Source of the DNA: a virus
Lineage: Duplodnaviria > Caudoviricetes
Length of the DNA stretch: 31,751 nt
Direction: 5' to 3' (one strand)
Virus record (IMG/VR): IMGVR_UViG_3300026258_000262
Coordinates: 1-31,751 of that record
The translations under genes were made by a program, and so were the position numbers. This document shows, one piece after another, positions 17,490 through 26,596 of this stretch. The notes below the pieces were generated by a model, which had not been told where the DNA came from, searched no databases, and worked only from the letters and a program-made list of their open reading frames with translations. Position 1 is the stretch's first letter. Every line of letters starts with the position of its first letter.

Positions 17490-17856
17490 ACTCTTCTATT
17501 CTATCAAAGAACCTCAACTCAGCAGCGTACATTGATCCAATGACTGACTTGTCTTTCCAGTCAGATCCTACAACCATTATATCAGGTTTTACTGTTTTTA
17601 TACAGCGTCCCAATTCTTCATCACTGTCAAAGACTACAATATAGTCAACAGCCTTTAGATTCTGGAGCATATATGCTCTATCACCAACGCTATTTACTGG
17701 TCTAGTTGGACCTTTCTTTTCCCTAACTCTTCTATCACTATCAATACCGACAGTTAGGGAATCACCTAGAGACTTAGCATAGTTCAAGAGTTGAATGTGT
17801 CCTGGATGCAGGATGTCAAACGTTCCGTTGACAAAGATATGCTTCATAACACTCAC
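17446..17856 (-). CDS. Nucleotidyltransferase, HldE/RfaE domain II-like
   Basis: NGTFDILHPGH, GIDSD, KGPTRP, GSDW; start may be 17847. Confidence 0.88.
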   Translation of the reverse strand: MSVMKHIFVNGTFDILHPGHIQLLNYAKSLGDSLTVGIDSDRRVREKKGPTRPVNSVGDRAYMLQNLKAVDYIVVFDSDEELGRCIKTVKPDIMVVGSDWKDKSVIGSMYAAELRFFDRIEEYATTKTIQSIIDRG

Positions 17857-18673
17857 GAATTCCTTTTTCTAAACCATCATATTTGATAGGAAGAGTATTT
17901 GATTTTCCACAATATGAAAACTCAGGATACTGACCTTCCATAATAACATCAACTTCATGATCTCCCATTCGGTTAATCATTTTAGCAATGTCACTAAGCA
18001 TGTACTTCTCCGAATATACACAGTTCATATCAGCCGGTGCATAGTTAGTTGTCATGTCATCAAGATGATATTTGATGATTTTATATAAATCGTTTGCATA
18101 AATGAAATCAATCTTCCTATCCTTGAGCAATCGAATGGGTTTATGATTAATGTAGTTATTGATGTTGGTATTAAAAAATCTAGATGACTCTTCGTGGACA
18201 CCAAAGCACCCAAAAACACGAAGATTCACTCCAATTGGACTACTTAATACACGTTTAGCAATGATATATTTTGATAGTCCATATGGATCACTAGGGATTA
18301 CATCTCCAAAATTTATAGGAGTTGGTTCAGGCACTGAGGATGGTCTACCGTATGAAGCACCACTATCCAAGTTAATAAACTTAGATGTAGAACCAGAGGC
18401 ATACTTATACAAAGTCTCAAACATTCTGAGATTAGTTGCAAGAACTTTTGCACTATCATCAATGTCTCTCCTGCCACCGACGATAGCAGCATGAATGATG
18501 GCATCATATAGTTGACCATCCTCAAACAAAGTAGCAACCTCAGCATCAACCTCAAGACGAACTTGTGTTGATCTAGGTCGAACTACTTCATACCCATCTT
18601 TCTCCAAGAAAGGAATAATTTGGCGACCAATGAATCCATTGCCACCAGTGAAAAGGATTTTTTTATTTGTCAT
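17816..18673 (-). CDS. NAD-dependent sugar epimerase/reductase (extended SDR)
   Basis: TGGNGFIG, SGASYG, YGLSK, LRVFG. Confidence 0.85.
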   Translation of the reverse strand: MTNKKILFTGGNGFIGRQIIPFLEKDGYEVVRPRSTQVRLEVDAEVATLFEDGQLYDAIIHAAIVGGRRDIDDSAKVLATNLRMFETLYKYASGSTSKFINLDSGASYGRPSSVPEPTPINFGDVIPSDPYGLSKYIIAKRVLSSPIGVNLRVFGCFGVHEESSRFFNTNINNYINHKPIRLLKDRKIDFIYANDLYKIIKYHLDDMTTNYAPADMNCVYSEKYMLSDIAKMINRMGDHEVDVIMEGQYPEFSYCGKSNTLPIKYDGLEKGIRECYEAYLCQRNV

Positions 18674-19529
18674 GTTTCCATCCGGCTCCTTGTCCTAATA
18701 GTTTTTCAAGTTCTTCATCCTTGATCTCATAGAAGTTTTCTTGTGAAGGGAACTGTAGATCACGTACTTCATTCACATATTCGGTGAGAGCAGACTGAAT
18801 CATTTGACCTGCCTCACAATATCTTTTTACAAACTTAGATTTGAACTCCCAAAAGAGTCCAACCAAGTCATGCATAATAACCAACTGCCCATCAACCCTG
18901 TCACCAGCACCAATACCATATACCGGTATCTCAAGGTTAGTTGCAATCATCTCAGCAGATTCTCTAGGCATACCCTCAAGAAGAAGGAAAGTACATCCGG
19001 CATCTTGTAAACGCAAAGCTTGATCAAGAATAACCTTTGCTTGGTCTGCAGTCTTACCTTGAACACGATACCCACCAAGTTTAGCACGAGTATGAGGAGT
19101 CAATCCAAGGTGACTCATCACCATGATACCAGCATCGCAGATTGCTTTAACTCTCTCAACCATACATCCCTCAACTTTAACAGCATCCATTCCAGCTTGA
19201 ATGAAATCACCAGCATTCCTGACTGCTTCTTCGTTAGAAATCTGATAGGACATGTAAGGCAAATCACCAACAGTAAAAGCACGACTTGAACCTCTTGCCA
19301 CTGCTCTAGCAGAGCGCAGCATATCATCCATGGTGACTGGAATAGTGCTCTTATACCCCAAGGTAGTCATACCAAGAGAATCACCAACTAAAATCCAATC
19401 AACACCAGCATTGTCTGCCATCAGTGCCTGAGGATAATCATAGGCAGTCACACCAACAGTCTTCACGTTGTTCTGTTTTTGTTTGCGTAACTTTAGAATA
19501 GTTACCTTATCTTTATTATCAGCAGGCAT
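18663..19529 (-). CDS. panB: Ketopantoate hydroxymethyltransferase (PanB) family protein
   Basis: TAYD, ILVGDSLGM, GDLPYMSY, AVKVEG, HLGLTP, YRVQGK, LLLE, GIGAG..DGQ. Confidence 0.93.
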   Translation of the reverse strand: MPADNKDKVTILKLRKQKQNNVKTVGVTAYDYPQALMADNAGVDWILVGDSLGMTTLGYKSTIPVTMDDMLRSARAVARGSSRAFTVGDLPYMSYQISNEEAVRNAGDFIQAGMDAVKVEGCMVERVKAICDAGIMVMSHLGLTPHTRAKLGGYRVQGKTADQAKVILDQALRLQDAGCTFLLLEGMPRESAEMIATNLEIPVYGIGAGDRVDGQLVIMHDLVGLFWEFKSKFVKRYCEAGQMIQSALTEYVNEVRDLQFPSQENFYEIKDEELEKLLGQGAGWKHDK

Positions 19530-19530
19530 A

Positions 19531-21216
19531 TTAATCTAGGGGCTTAATAATCATATTATCATAAAATTCCTCTCTGGACAAGAAAGGATACATGTCTTCT
19601 AAAGGTGGAGCACTAATTGTTCCATCAGGATTTTTTCTTCCCTGAAGTGTTGGAACAACCTCTTGCCATTTTTCACAGAAGACTTCACAAACAACAGGAC
19701 CAGGATAATCTAGAGTATATTTAATTGCTCCTTCCAATCCATCGGCATCAGCAAAAGCATATTCAATTCCAAAACTTTCAGTTACTTTCCGAATATTTGG
19801 GATCGATACTCCACTTGACTCATCGGTCCCAATCTCTCTACCCTCAAAGAACTTCTTTTGTGTGGTGCGAATAGAAAGATATCCATCATTGTTCCACACG
19901 AATAGTTTAACGGGAAGATTGTAATGTGCAATAGTTTGGAGTTCTTGCATATTCATCATGAATGAACCATCACCAGTTACTCCAATCACAGCACCATCTT
20001 TGGCAAATGCAGCACCAATACAAGCAGGAATAGTGAATCCCATCTCTGCTTGGGAACTGGACGTGATAAATCTCTGATTTGCTTGAATTTCTGTTGCTTG
20101 AGCACAGACATAGAATGCAGATCCAGCATCGGAAATGACTACATCATCAATACGCTTAGTTTCATTCAACACCTTCATAAAGTAATAAAGATCTACTTTA
20201 TCTGAGGGATTCTCAGTAGGACAGACAGGCCACTTTTTCTTCCATGAACGACAGATCTGATTCCAATCATCCTTCTTACGATCAAACTTATTCAGAGTAA
20301 GGAAATCTTTCGCATCACGATGAATAAATCGATCAATCTTTACAGTTTCTTTTGAATGTTCATCCTTATCAATGTCCACAACAATTACTTTTGCATCTCT
20401 AGCAAAAGTTTTGTAGTTATATCCAGTCACAGGGACAGGAAGACGGCATCCAATCACTAAGAGTAAGTCACAATTCTGCATCGCAAAGTTACCAGCACGG
20501 GTTCCTTTAACACCAACCCTACCCACAAAGTTTGAATAAACAGAGGGAAACAGATCGACCGCATTATATGAAGTAACTACAGGAATGTTTGTGCTCTGAA
20601 CAAAATCAACAAATTCATTACGAGCTTGAGCACAGTTAATACCATTACCAGCAAGAATAAGCGGTCTCTCCGCCTTTCTTATAGTATCCTCAAGGTCAAA
20701 ACACTGAGCACCTTGTACGTCCATAGGAATATCAACCCATACAGGACCAGGACGGCCATGAGTAGCAATCCGAATCGCATCTTTCATCACCTCATCAATA
20801 TCATCAGGATCATCAACAAATACCGCATACTTAGTAATTGGTTTTACAATATCAATAATATTTGCCTCTTGTACCCCAAGGTTTCTACTGCCCTCTGGTG
20901 CCATGTGTGGGCGATTTACATTGCCAGACACAAAGATGACAGGAACACTGTCCTGCCATGCGTCTAGGAGTCCTGTGATAGCGTTAGTTCCGCCACAACC
21001 GGTGGTGACACAAACAGCACTTAGACTATTCTTATACTTTGCATATGAGACAGCACCCATTGCACATGCTTGTTCATGGTGATTACAAATTGGTTTGATG
21101 TTTTCATGGGCAGCAATCGCATCATTCAAAAACATGGCTCCACCACCAGTTACAAGAAAGATGTGTTCACATCCTGCCTTGTAGATCTGATCGATAACAT
21201 AATCTGCTACTCTCAT
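19531..21216 (-). CDS. ThDP-dependent acetolactate-synthase-like enzyme (YerE-like by context)
   Basis: HHEQ, TTGCGGTN, GRPGPVWVDIPMDVQ, GDGSFMMN...NN, C-terminal PPLEDMYPFL. Confidence 0.88.
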   Translation of the reverse strand: MRVADYVIDQIYKAGCEHIFLVTGGGAMFLNDAIAAHENIKPICNHHEQACAMGAVSYAKYKNSLSAVCVTTGCGGTNAITGLLDAWQDSVPVIFVSGNVNRPHMAPEGSRNLGVQEANIIDIVKPITKYAVFVDDPDDIDEVMKDAIRIATHGRPGPVWVDIPMDVQGAQCFDLEDTIRKAERPLILAGNGINCAQARNEFVDFVQSTNIPVVTSYNAVDLFPSVYSNFVGRVGVKGTRAGNFAMQNCDLLLVIGCRLPVPVTGYNYKTFARDAKVIVVDIDKDEHSKETVKIDRFIHRDAKDFLTLNKFDRKKDDWNQICRSWKKKWPVCPTENPSDKVDLYYFMKVLNETKRIDDVVISDAGSAFYVCAQATEIQANQRFITSSSQAEMGFTIPACIGAAFAKDGAVIGVTGDGSFMMNMQELQTIAHYNLPVKLFVWNNDGYLSIRTTQKKFFEGREIGTDESSGVSIPNIRKVTESFGIEYAFADADGLEGAIKYTLDYPGPVVCEVFCEKWQEVVPTLQGRKNPDGTISAPPLEDMYPFLSREEFYDNMIIKPLD

Positions 21217-22496
21217 TTCTTAAAATTATCCACTACAGTGCCAACATATTCAATCATCTCTTCTGTAATAGTGGGTGAGCATCCAACAAAGAAGACAAGA
21301 TCAAGAACCTTACAAGCATTAGAATAATTACGATAGTAATCAAGGTGACTATATCCAGGGTGCATAAGGATATTGCCAGCAAAGTAATTACGAGTTTGAA
21401 CTTTATTATCCTCCAAATGTTTAGTCAAATTATTTTTAGTTTCTCTACTATCACAAATGATAGGGACACCAAACCAACTAGTTTCTGCTTCAGGTCTTTC
21501 ATTCACACTACGAACACCAGGGATACGTTCAAAATGTTCCTGCATCAGCAACTTATTTTTACGACGTAACCGATGAATCTCATCCTGTTTATCTAACTGA
21601 ACAACACCAACCGAACCCTGAAAGTCCATTGGTTTAAGATTATATCCCATGATACTGTAGACATACTTATGATCAATCAGTCCATCATAATGCTCAATCC
21701 ACTTATCAAATCTCTTGCCACATGTTCCACAAGACAGAAGATTCTGTGTACCAACACAATAGCAATCACGTCCCCACCATGCAAAGCTACGAGCAATGTT
21801 AATCAGTTCCTCATCGTCAGAAGAGATCATACCACCCTCACCAGTACAGATGTGATGTGCGGGATAAAATGAGCATGAAGCAGCGATAGCATGATCAGTT
21901 AGGAAATTACCTCTCCATTTACTGCCAAGACTATCACAATTGTCTGCAATCAATAGAATTTTATTACGATCACAAATATCTAAGATCTCATCAAAATCAT
22001 AGGGATTACCCAACACAGGAGATGAGAAAATACCACGGGTTTTCGTGGTGATCTTATCCTCAATCTCACTAACATCCCAATTTAAATCAGAGAAGTCAAT
22101 ATCAACAAATACAGGTTTCAGTCCATTCTGAACAATGGGTGCGATAGTAGTAGGAAAACCAACGCATGACACAATGATTTCGTCACCATCTTGCCAACCA
22201 TATCTCCTCTTTAGAGCAGCAATCATCACTAGATTAGCAGATGAACCAGAGTTCACCATCAAGGAATACTTTTTACCAAACTGTTTGGAGAACTTACGTT
22301 CAAATTTATTCACCTCTCCGCCAGATGGCAACCAGTTCCCAGCCAATAAAGATTTTACAGCAACCTCTAACTCTTTATTGTCCCAATAAGGTCCAGAGTA
22401 ATAAACCGTTTTACCAGGTTTCCAATTTTTGTTAGCAAGATAAGGGGGATCTGCATCTCTAATAAGTGCTTCAATATCAACCATTTTGAACCTCAT
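21213..22496 (-). CDS. rfbH: NDP-4-keto-6-deoxyhexose 3-dehydrase (E1/RfbH/DdhC family)
   Basis: NSGSSANL; SFYPAHH (His in place of the PLP Lys); candidate Fe-S cysteines in DNCD and WGRDCYC...C; DHKY; start may be 22484. Confidence 0.88.
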   Translation of the reverse strand: MRFKMVDIEALIRDADPPYLANKNWKPGKTVYYSGPYWDNKELEVAVKSLLAGNWLPSGGEVNKFERKFSKQFGKKYSLMVNSGSSANLVMIAALKRRYGWQDGDEIIVSCVGFPTTIAPIVQNGLKPVFVDIDFSDLNWDVSEIEDKITTKTRGIFSSPVLGNPYDFDEILDICDRNKILLIADNCDSLGSKWRGNFLTDHAIAASCSFYPAHHICTGEGGMISSDDEELINIARSFAWWGRDCYCVGTQNLLSCGTCGKRFDKWIEHYDGLIDHKYVYSIMGYNLKPMDFQGSVGVVQLDKQDEIHRLRRKNKLLMQEHFERIPGVRSVNERPEAETSWFGVPIICDSRETKNNLTKHLEDNKVQTRNYFAGNILMHPGYSHLDYYRNYSNACKVLDLVFFVGCSPTITEEMIEYVGTVVDNFKK

Positions 22497-23334
22497 TCAG
22501 ATAATCATTAACTTCATCAGATACAACAGAGGACAACCAATTCCGAAATCCTCCTGATTCTCTATTTAATTTTGCAGCAGCATGTCCACCTGCCTGATGC
22601 ATGACTTTAATATACATTGGTTCCCCTGTCTTAGGATCATCAAGGTACAGTCTATCATCTTTTACATAAATTTGCGACCAACTTTCCCAATGATTATCAT
22701 TTTTACCCCAGGTATTAGAAAGTCCGTAAGAAACCCCGGTTCCCATAGCATCAATAATTTTTGTAGTATACTTTCCTGAGTGAAAAATTTGATTCAAAGT
22801 ATCTTGCTCATCACCAATTCCATGAGCATATGGGTTAACTTCTGTTTTAATTCTAGCAGCTTCAACATTTAAACTATGCCAATCATACCAAAACTGTTTG
22901 CTGTTGGCACCAATCGTACCTGCATTAATAAATCCTTGAATTGGAATTTGTTGACCATTTCCAAAAGGTGGTAAATGAGTAATGGTTATACCAAAATTGT
23001 GCCCCCCTGCATGATCTAAAGAGTTGTTGTTTCTGACTCCGATAATATCTTCTTCACTCTCAAAAAACTCAGTCATTGGTCCAGTGACAACCGCATCAGC
23101 ATCCAAATGAACAACCATATCATATTCCTCAACAAAAGGAAGACAAGTAGCTGCCATCATCCAGATAGGTTTCATCCATGGCATTTCAGAGTGTATTTGT
23201 TCAGTCATCTTAGTATCAAAGATAAAGTGATCTACCTCTGGATGAAAATATTTGACAGAGTTAATTAATTTATCTAGACCTAGAAGTTCTACATAATCGT
23301 CAGTACACCAAGTTGTAACAGCAATTTTTTTCAT
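22477..23334 (-). CDS. Putative GT8-like glycosyltransferase
   Basis: HLDAD (DxD), FINAG, DEQDTLN. Confidence 0.65.
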   Translation of the reverse strand: MKKIAVTTWCTDDYVELLGLDKLINSVKYFHPEVDHFIFDTKMTEQIHSEMPWMKPIWMMAATCLPFVEEYDMVVHLDADAVVTGPMTEFFESEEDIIGVRNNNSLDHAGGHNFGITITHLPPFGNGQQIPIQGFINAGTIGANSKQFWYDWHSLNVEAARIKTEVNPYAHGIGDEQDTLNQIFHSGKYTTKIIDAMGTGVSYGLSNTWGKNDNHWESWSQIYVKDDRLYLDDPKTGEPMYIKVMHQAGGHAAAKLNRESGGFRNWLSSVVSDEVNDYLNEVQNG

Positions 23335-24314
23335 CAGTTAATTTTATCGTACCAATATTTTAAAAGATCATTGAGTGTAGTGTCAATGTCATACTCTTCT
23401 TTAAATCCAGTCAGTTCAACCAGGTTAGAAGAATCACCATGTTGATAGTAGATTTCATGTGGACGCCAAAAAGGTTTATGAATCTTTTGTACCACATTAT
23501 CCAAACCTGACAGTTCAATCAGTTTATCAGTGAAATACTGCATCTGTCTGGGTGTATCACCACAGATATTAAAAACATGATTAGTCACATCCTTATGCAT
23601 CATAGCAAGATAGTATGCTCTGACAGTATCACGAACGTCCATGACAACTCTTGTTGTGCTGAGATTGCCAATCAATAGTTCTTTAGATTGCAAACCTTTC
23701 ATCATCCTAGCAATTTGATAAGCATCAGATGAGATAGAAAAAATTCGTCCTCTACGTGGTCCAGTATGAGAGAATGCTCTAGTAATAAATCCCTTCAGAA
23801 ATCCATTATTAAATCTCTCCTGGAGATACACATCAGTGGCTGCCTTAGAGGCACCATATGGGTTAGAAGGAACAATAGAATCATTCCAGTGAATCTTACG
23901 TCCATCCTGCCCCACATTGCCGTACACCTCTGATGTAGAACAGAACATCACCTTACATTCAGGTTGATGATCTTGAAGGACCTGGATTAGATTGGCACTA
24001 CCCATAACATTAGTTTCCATAGTGCCAATAGGATCATGGAAACTAGTGGGTGGGTGTGATTGTGCTGCTAAATGGAAGACACCGTTAAACTCATTCTCCT
24101 CAAAAACCTTACGCATTGAGCGATAGTTAGTTAAATCCCCATACAGGAAGGTGATAGAGTTATAAACATCATCAGGGACAACATCACGGATATCACTCTC
24201 CATACCATTGGTACGACGAATGAGACCAAAGACTTTATGTCCCTCACGATAAAGAAGGTTTGCTAAGTGAGCACCAGCAAATCCTGTTATACCGGTAATT
24301 AAAAAATTTGACAT
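23334..24314 (-). CDS. GDP-mannose 4,6-dehydratase-like SDR
   Basis: TGITGFAG, LAAQSH, STSE (dehydratase Thr/Glu), YGASK, GNL...R; start probably MSNF at 24314. Confidence 0.8.
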   Translation of the reverse strand: MSNFLITGITGFAGAHLANLLYREGHKVFGLIRRTNGMESDIRDVVPDDVYNSITFLYGDLTNYRSMRKVFEENEFNGVFHLAAQSHPPTSFHDPIGTMETNVMGSANLIQVLQDHQPECKVMFCSTSEVYGNVGQDGRKIHWNDSIVPSNPYGASKAATDVYLQERFNNGFLKGFITRAFSHTGPRRGRIFSISSDAYQIARMMKGLQSKELLIGNLSTTRVVMDVRDTVRAYYLAMMHKDVTNHVFNICGDTPRQMQYFTDKLIELSGLDNVVQKIHKPFWRPHEIYYQHGDSSNLVELTGFKEEYDIDTTLNDLLKYWYDKIN

Positions 24315-24315
24315 A

Positions 24316-25032
24316 TTAATTTGGAACAAAAGTTGGATTTTTAGAAAAAGGAATATATTTAACGTCAGAGTGATGATTTCCCTGATACATGAAATATTTT
24401 TTGCATTGAATATCTAATTTATCAATAACATAATTTACCGCAGTATGGACTGTATGTATTTCTGTTGCTTTTTCAAGCACCTTACACCAATCAAGTAGAG
24501 TAAATCCGTCAATGTATTGAAGTTCTACTACTGGCAAATCATAATCTTCAGCAGATAATGGATTTATGTTACAATATCTAGCTTCGTTATAAAGATTATT
24601 CATGAATACAAACTCAGAGTCATCTTTAAGACCAAGGACATTATAGTACAGATCATCCTCTTTATCAAACTTCCTATCAAAGGTAAGACCATCTCTCCAA
24701 TCAAGACAGTTCATGTTCATCACATGATACTTAGAAGACATGATCCTCTCATCACCAATATTCCATAGATGAGGTCTCATGATACCAAGATATACGAAGT
24801 TAGGAGTGATGATGACTGCATCTTGACCATAATATTCATTTCCAGGAAAGATATCAGATCTAGAACAAAAATTAATATCTTTAATATAATCACCTAACCA
24901 TAAAATATCATCTCTAAGAGGCCAAAAAATTTCATATCCCATAGAGATGTATTTTTTTGCTATCGCTTGAAGATAAAGAATATCTCCAATCCCAGCCCAA
25001 TGATGTATCAGACAAACTTTATTCAAATTCAA
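24316..25032 (-). CDS. Hypothetical protein (possible glycosyltransferase)
   Basis: 238 aa; N-terminal AGIGDIL motif reminiscent of GT-B enzymes. Confidence 0.6.
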   Translation of the reverse strand: MNLNKVCLIHHWAGIGDILYLQAIAKKYISMGYEIFWPLRDDILWLGDYIKDINFCSRSDIFPGNEYYGQDAVIITPNFVYLGIMRPHLWNIGDERIMSSKYHVMNMNCLDWRDGLTFDRKFDKEDDLYYNVLGLKDDSEFVFMNNLYNEARYCNINPLSAEDYDLPVVELQYIDGFTLLDWCKVLEKATEIHTVHTAVNYVIDKLDIQCKKYFMYQGNHHSDVKYIPFSKNPTFVPN

Positions 25033-25864
25033 AGTAGTTCTCCCAAATAAAATCTTCTAACATTTCCATTTTCATTGCACGATCAAAGTTATCTTTGATT
25101 GCGTCTTCCATAGACTTATAAAGATCTTCATTTAACTTTTCAATATCAAATCCATCTTCAAGGAAAATAATACCATCTGTATTAAACCACTTACCAATAC
25201 TAGGAGTACCATAATAAATGGGAACAGTTCCGGTCAAGAAACAATCAAGAATCTTTTCCGTAAACCAATCATCAGCATTTTCAATGGCAACCGAGAACAT
25301 ATAGTCTGCCAATGCTTCTTCCTTATATTCTACTTCATTGAATCCACGACCAAACAAAGGAGCATAATCCTTCAGTTGTTCCAGCATATGAATTCTCTGC
25401 TGGTGACCAGGAAGGTGAGACTTATTAGATGCAATAATAGAAACTAATTTGTTCTTTGGATAGATTTGTGGTTCACGAATCCAAGATCCATTACCAGGAA
25501 TCCAACAGAACTTCTCATGCAGTTCACATAATTCTTCATTCCAAGTAAAGATTTTCTCATATGCACTTACATATGCATCGAGATTATTTTTAATCTCATT
25601 GAAGAGTGGATTAAGAATCCAGCAGCATTCCAAAAGAATAGCATACTTCTTCTTGCTCACATTATCATGTAGTCCTGCGGGGATAAACCTATCAACATAG
25701 AATGTTTCATCATCAGAAGTTAGATTATTAAAGGTAAGTTGCTGTTTACCTTCCCCCTCATGCACCCAGTTAATATACTTAGACTCTTTACCATGGGTTG
25801 AATACCCTTTGTTACCATTACTAAGATGGATAAAGGTATCATTTATAAGTTTAAATCTTTTCAT
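25019..25864 (-). CDS. GT10-like (alpha-1,3-fucosyltransferase-like) protein
   Basis: YMFSVAIEN..WFTEKILDCFLTGTVPIYYG. Confidence 0.8.
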   Translation of the reverse strand: MKRFKLINDTFIHLSNGNKGYSTHGKESKYINWVHEGEGKQQLTFNNLTSDDETFYVDRFIPAGLHDNVSKKKYAILLECCWILNPLFNEIKNNLDAYVSAYEKIFTWNEELCELHEKFCWIPGNGSWIREPQIYPKNKLVSIIASNKSHLPGHQQRIHMLEQLKDYAPLFGRGFNEVEYKEEALADYMFSVAIENADDWFTEKILDCFLTGTVPIYYGTPSIGKWFNTDGIIFLEDGFDIEKLNEDLYKSMEDAIKDNFDRAMKMEMLEDFIWENYFEFE

Positions 25865-26595
25865 TTTAGTAAATACTTCTCTCTGTTAAAAGGTTCTAAT
25901 TCTTTATCGTTCCTTACAAAAACAGAGTCTCCCCATTGTTCGTAGTTATAAGAGTCCGACATTTCTTTGAGGGTAAAATTTCTTTCGCTCAACCAATCTA
26001 CAATTACATCATGAGAGGCTCCTGTATTATTTCTATCATCAAGAGAAGTTTCTAAGAAAATAGTATTAATATACTTAAGATTATCTTCAAAACCTTTCAA
26101 GATTTCAAGTTCAGCACCTTCAACATCAATGTTTAAAAAGTCATATTGATTCATATCAATATTATTTTCTTCTATCAGAGTAGATAACTTTTTAGTTGTA
26201 ACATCAACATATCCACCTCTAGAGAGTTTTGCTGCTAGATGATCAGAGTATGCAACTGGATTTAATGTTGAGCAATCATTTGCAAGATAAAATTGTTTCT
26301 TTAAACCATCTTCACTATAAAGACATTCATTAAAACAAAGATATCCACACTTGTCTGCAACTGGTTTTGACATTGCGTCATAAACAAATTTATTTGCTTC
26401 TACACCAAGGACTCTAGTTCCAACTAGTTTAGTATAGCAATCATGTTCGGGAAAATCATACAGCCCGACATGAATAATTCCTTTTACATCAATGTCTAGT
26501 CTTTCAAAAATACCAGTGTACTCTGCAGTTGGATGATCCCATGTAGCATATCCAGTCTCCTTATCATAAGAAGCATAGGGTCCTAATTTACTCAT
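25861..26595 (-). CDS. FkbM-family SAM methyltransferase
   Basis: IIHVG, GVEAN, LNIDVEGAELEILKG, WGD; start probably 26595. Confidence 0.8.
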   Translation of the reverse strand: MSKLGPYASYDKETGYATWDHPTAEYTGIFERLDIDVKGIIHVGLYDFPEHDCYTKLVGTRVLGVEANKFVYDAMSKPVADKCGYLCFNECLYSEDGLKKQFYLANDCSTLNPVAYSDHLAAKLSRGGYVDVTTKKLSTLIEENNIDMNQYDFLNIDVEGAELEILKGFEDNLKYINTIFLETSLDDRNNTGASHDVIVDWLSERNFTLKEMSDSYNYEQWGDSVFVRNDKELEPFNREKYLLK

Positions 26596-26596
26596 A

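Noticed and set aside
18663-21216. ilvB + panB as a pantothenate/CoA pathway
   Set aside because: ilvC, ilvD, ilvN, panC and panE are absent from the window and the genes sit between NDP-sugar enzymes; disfavoured but not excluded
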